A stretch of DNA of 64,000 nucleotides. Source: an uncultured Acidobacteriota bacterium (GTDB taxonomy: Bacteria; Acidobacteriota; JAQAZP01). A model generated the notes under the pieces. It had not been told where the DNA came from and ran no database searches. It saw nothing but the letters and a program-made list of their open reading frames with translations. Positions within the stretch are counted from its first letter, which is position 1. Each line of letters starts with the position of its first letter. This document shows, piece after piece, positions 62,721-64,000 of this stretch. Both the position numbers and the translations under genes were made by a program. The stretch is taken from positions 1,792,001-1,856,000 of the forward strand of contig CAWIIB010000001.1 of assembly GCA_963836075.1 (NCBI GenBank), in the 5' to 3' direction.

Positions 62721-64000
62721 TCGGGATTCTCCACCACCACCAGAACGTATTTCCCGGCGTCGAGGAAGCGGCGGCCCGCCTCCAGCGCCGCGGCTCCGTC
62801 CACGGCCTCCAGACGCCGGTAGTGGTCATCGACGAAGGTGTCACCCAGGCCCAGCATCCGGGCGGAGATCATCATCCCGGCCAGGCCGTCCGGTGTGGCC
62901 TGGGACAGGCGGTAGCTGCCGATGAGGTATTCCCGCGCTTCGGTCAGTTCCTGATCGGTGATCCCGGCCTCGAGCAGACGCTTGAGCTCCTGCAGAATCA
63001 GTTCCACGGTGCTGTCGGCGCCGGCGCCGGCCGTGGCGGTGGCGATGGTGACCGGTCCGGCGATCAGGCCGGCGTTGGCCGATGAACCGATGCCGTAGGT
63101 CCGACCCTCTTCCACCCGCACCGCCTGCATCAACCGCGAGGCGAACCCGCCCCCGCCCAGCACGTGGTTGAAGATCTGGAAACGCTCCCAGTCCGGATCG
63201 GTGCGGGCGATTCCCGGCCAGCCAAAGATAATGCTCGACTGGGTCAGCCCCTTCATCTCCACCCGGACCACCCGTGAGTTATCCAGCATCACCTCCGCTG
63301 CCGGTACCGGGGGCAGCAGCTCTCCCGGGGGCCATTCCCCTGCCGCAGACTGGACCGCGGCACGGAAACGGTCGGCCCCGATATTGCCCACCACCGCCAG
63401 CTGGGCCCCGGCGGCGCCGTAGCAGCGGGCCAGCCGCTGCTCCGCTTCCTTCCTGCCGCTGCGGCCCAGGCTGCGCCAGCCGGCGCTGCGGCCCAGCGGG
63501 TGGTCCTCCCCATACAGTTCGGCCGTCAGCCGGCGCCGGGCCACCGGTCCGGGCATGCTCTGATCCAGTCTCAGTTCACCCCGCAGACGGTCCCGGGCCC
63601 GGGCCAGGTCGGCCTTGCTGATCCGCGGGTCAGCCACGGTCCGCACCAGCAGCTCGGTCAGCCGCTCGAAATCGGCGGCCAGCCCGCGGACCCAGAAGAC
63701 GGTGTAGTCGTTGGTTACATAAGCGCCTGATGCACCACCCAGCGCCTCCACCTGGCCCGCCCGCACGTCGCTGAGGGTGCGGGCCAGCAGCTCGGCCATC
63801 CCCTCCATGCCCTGGGGATCGTGCAGGCGTCCCACCGGCAGGCCGAGACGAAGGGTGACCAGGGGCAGGTCGATGTCATTGCGCAGGACGGCCGTGAGGC
63901 CGTTGTCGGTGGCGGCCGTGTGTCTCCACGCGGACGGATCCGATCCGGCCCGGGCCGGTACCGCAAGCAGCGTGCTGAGGCCGGCCACGATGAAGCAGAG
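62717..64000 (-). CDS. M16 (pitrilysin/insulinase) family protein, non-catalytic subunit type; 5' end outside the window
   Basis: NGLTAV, DPQGMEGMAELLAR (no HxxEH), LYGEDHPLG, VLGGGGFASRLMQAVRVEEGRTYG, GITDQEL. Confidence 0.85.
   Translation of the reverse strand, partial: LCFIVAGLSTLLAVPARAGSDPSAWRHTAATDNGLTAVLRNDIDLPLVTLRLGLPVGRLHDPQGMEGMAELLARTLSDVRAGQVEALGGASGAYVTNDYTVFWVRGLAADFERLTELLVRTVADPRISKADLARARDRLRGELRLDQSMPGPVARRRLTAELYGEDHPLGRSAGWRSLGRSGRKEAEQRLARCYGAAGAQLAVVGNIGADRFRAAVQSAAGEWPPGELLPPVPAAEVMLDNSRVVRVEMKGLTQSSIIFGWPGIARTDPDWERFQIFNHVLGGGGFASRLMQAVRVEEGRTYGIGSSANAGLIAGPVTIATATAGAGADSTVELILQELKRLLEAGITDQELTEAREYLIGSYRLSQATPDGLAGMMISARMLGLGDTFVDDHYRRLEAVDGAAALEAGRRFLDAGKYVLVVVENPD

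Overview
GC-rich bacterial chromosomal window with a Gram-negative envelope gene set. An Acidobacteriota-like host is inferred from the TonB-dependent receptor with an N-terminal carboxypeptidase-regulatory-like domain and the many sulfatase-like proteins. It holds about 40 protein genes, mostly secreted or envelope functions, and I found no rRNA, tRNA, CRISPR array, transposase or integrase. Four genes carry frameshifts (tex, TonB receptor, S9 peptidase, one BNR paralog) that look like long-read consensus errors. Main observations: (1) five exported proteins with four unrelated types of N-terminal passenger share one C-terminal module of about 330 aa with five FG-GAP-like DxDGDG repeats, a candidate sorting or surface-anchoring system. 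(2) A second C-terminal domain type (PYNQPPYPPAGDT) occurs on a protease and as an orphan remnant on the opposite strand. (3) A B12-binding radical SAM protein with a split CX42CX2C motif precedes a small Cys/Trp-rich ORF. (4) An ECF sigma/anti-sigma pair is flanked by two protease-less PDZ proteins, and its ECF promoter is back-to-back with a sigma-54 promoter. (5) A mosaic 3.47-kb tandem duplication has an AT-rich 30-31 bp perfect inverted repeat at the 3' end of each copy. All family assignments come from motif recognition by eye, not database searches.
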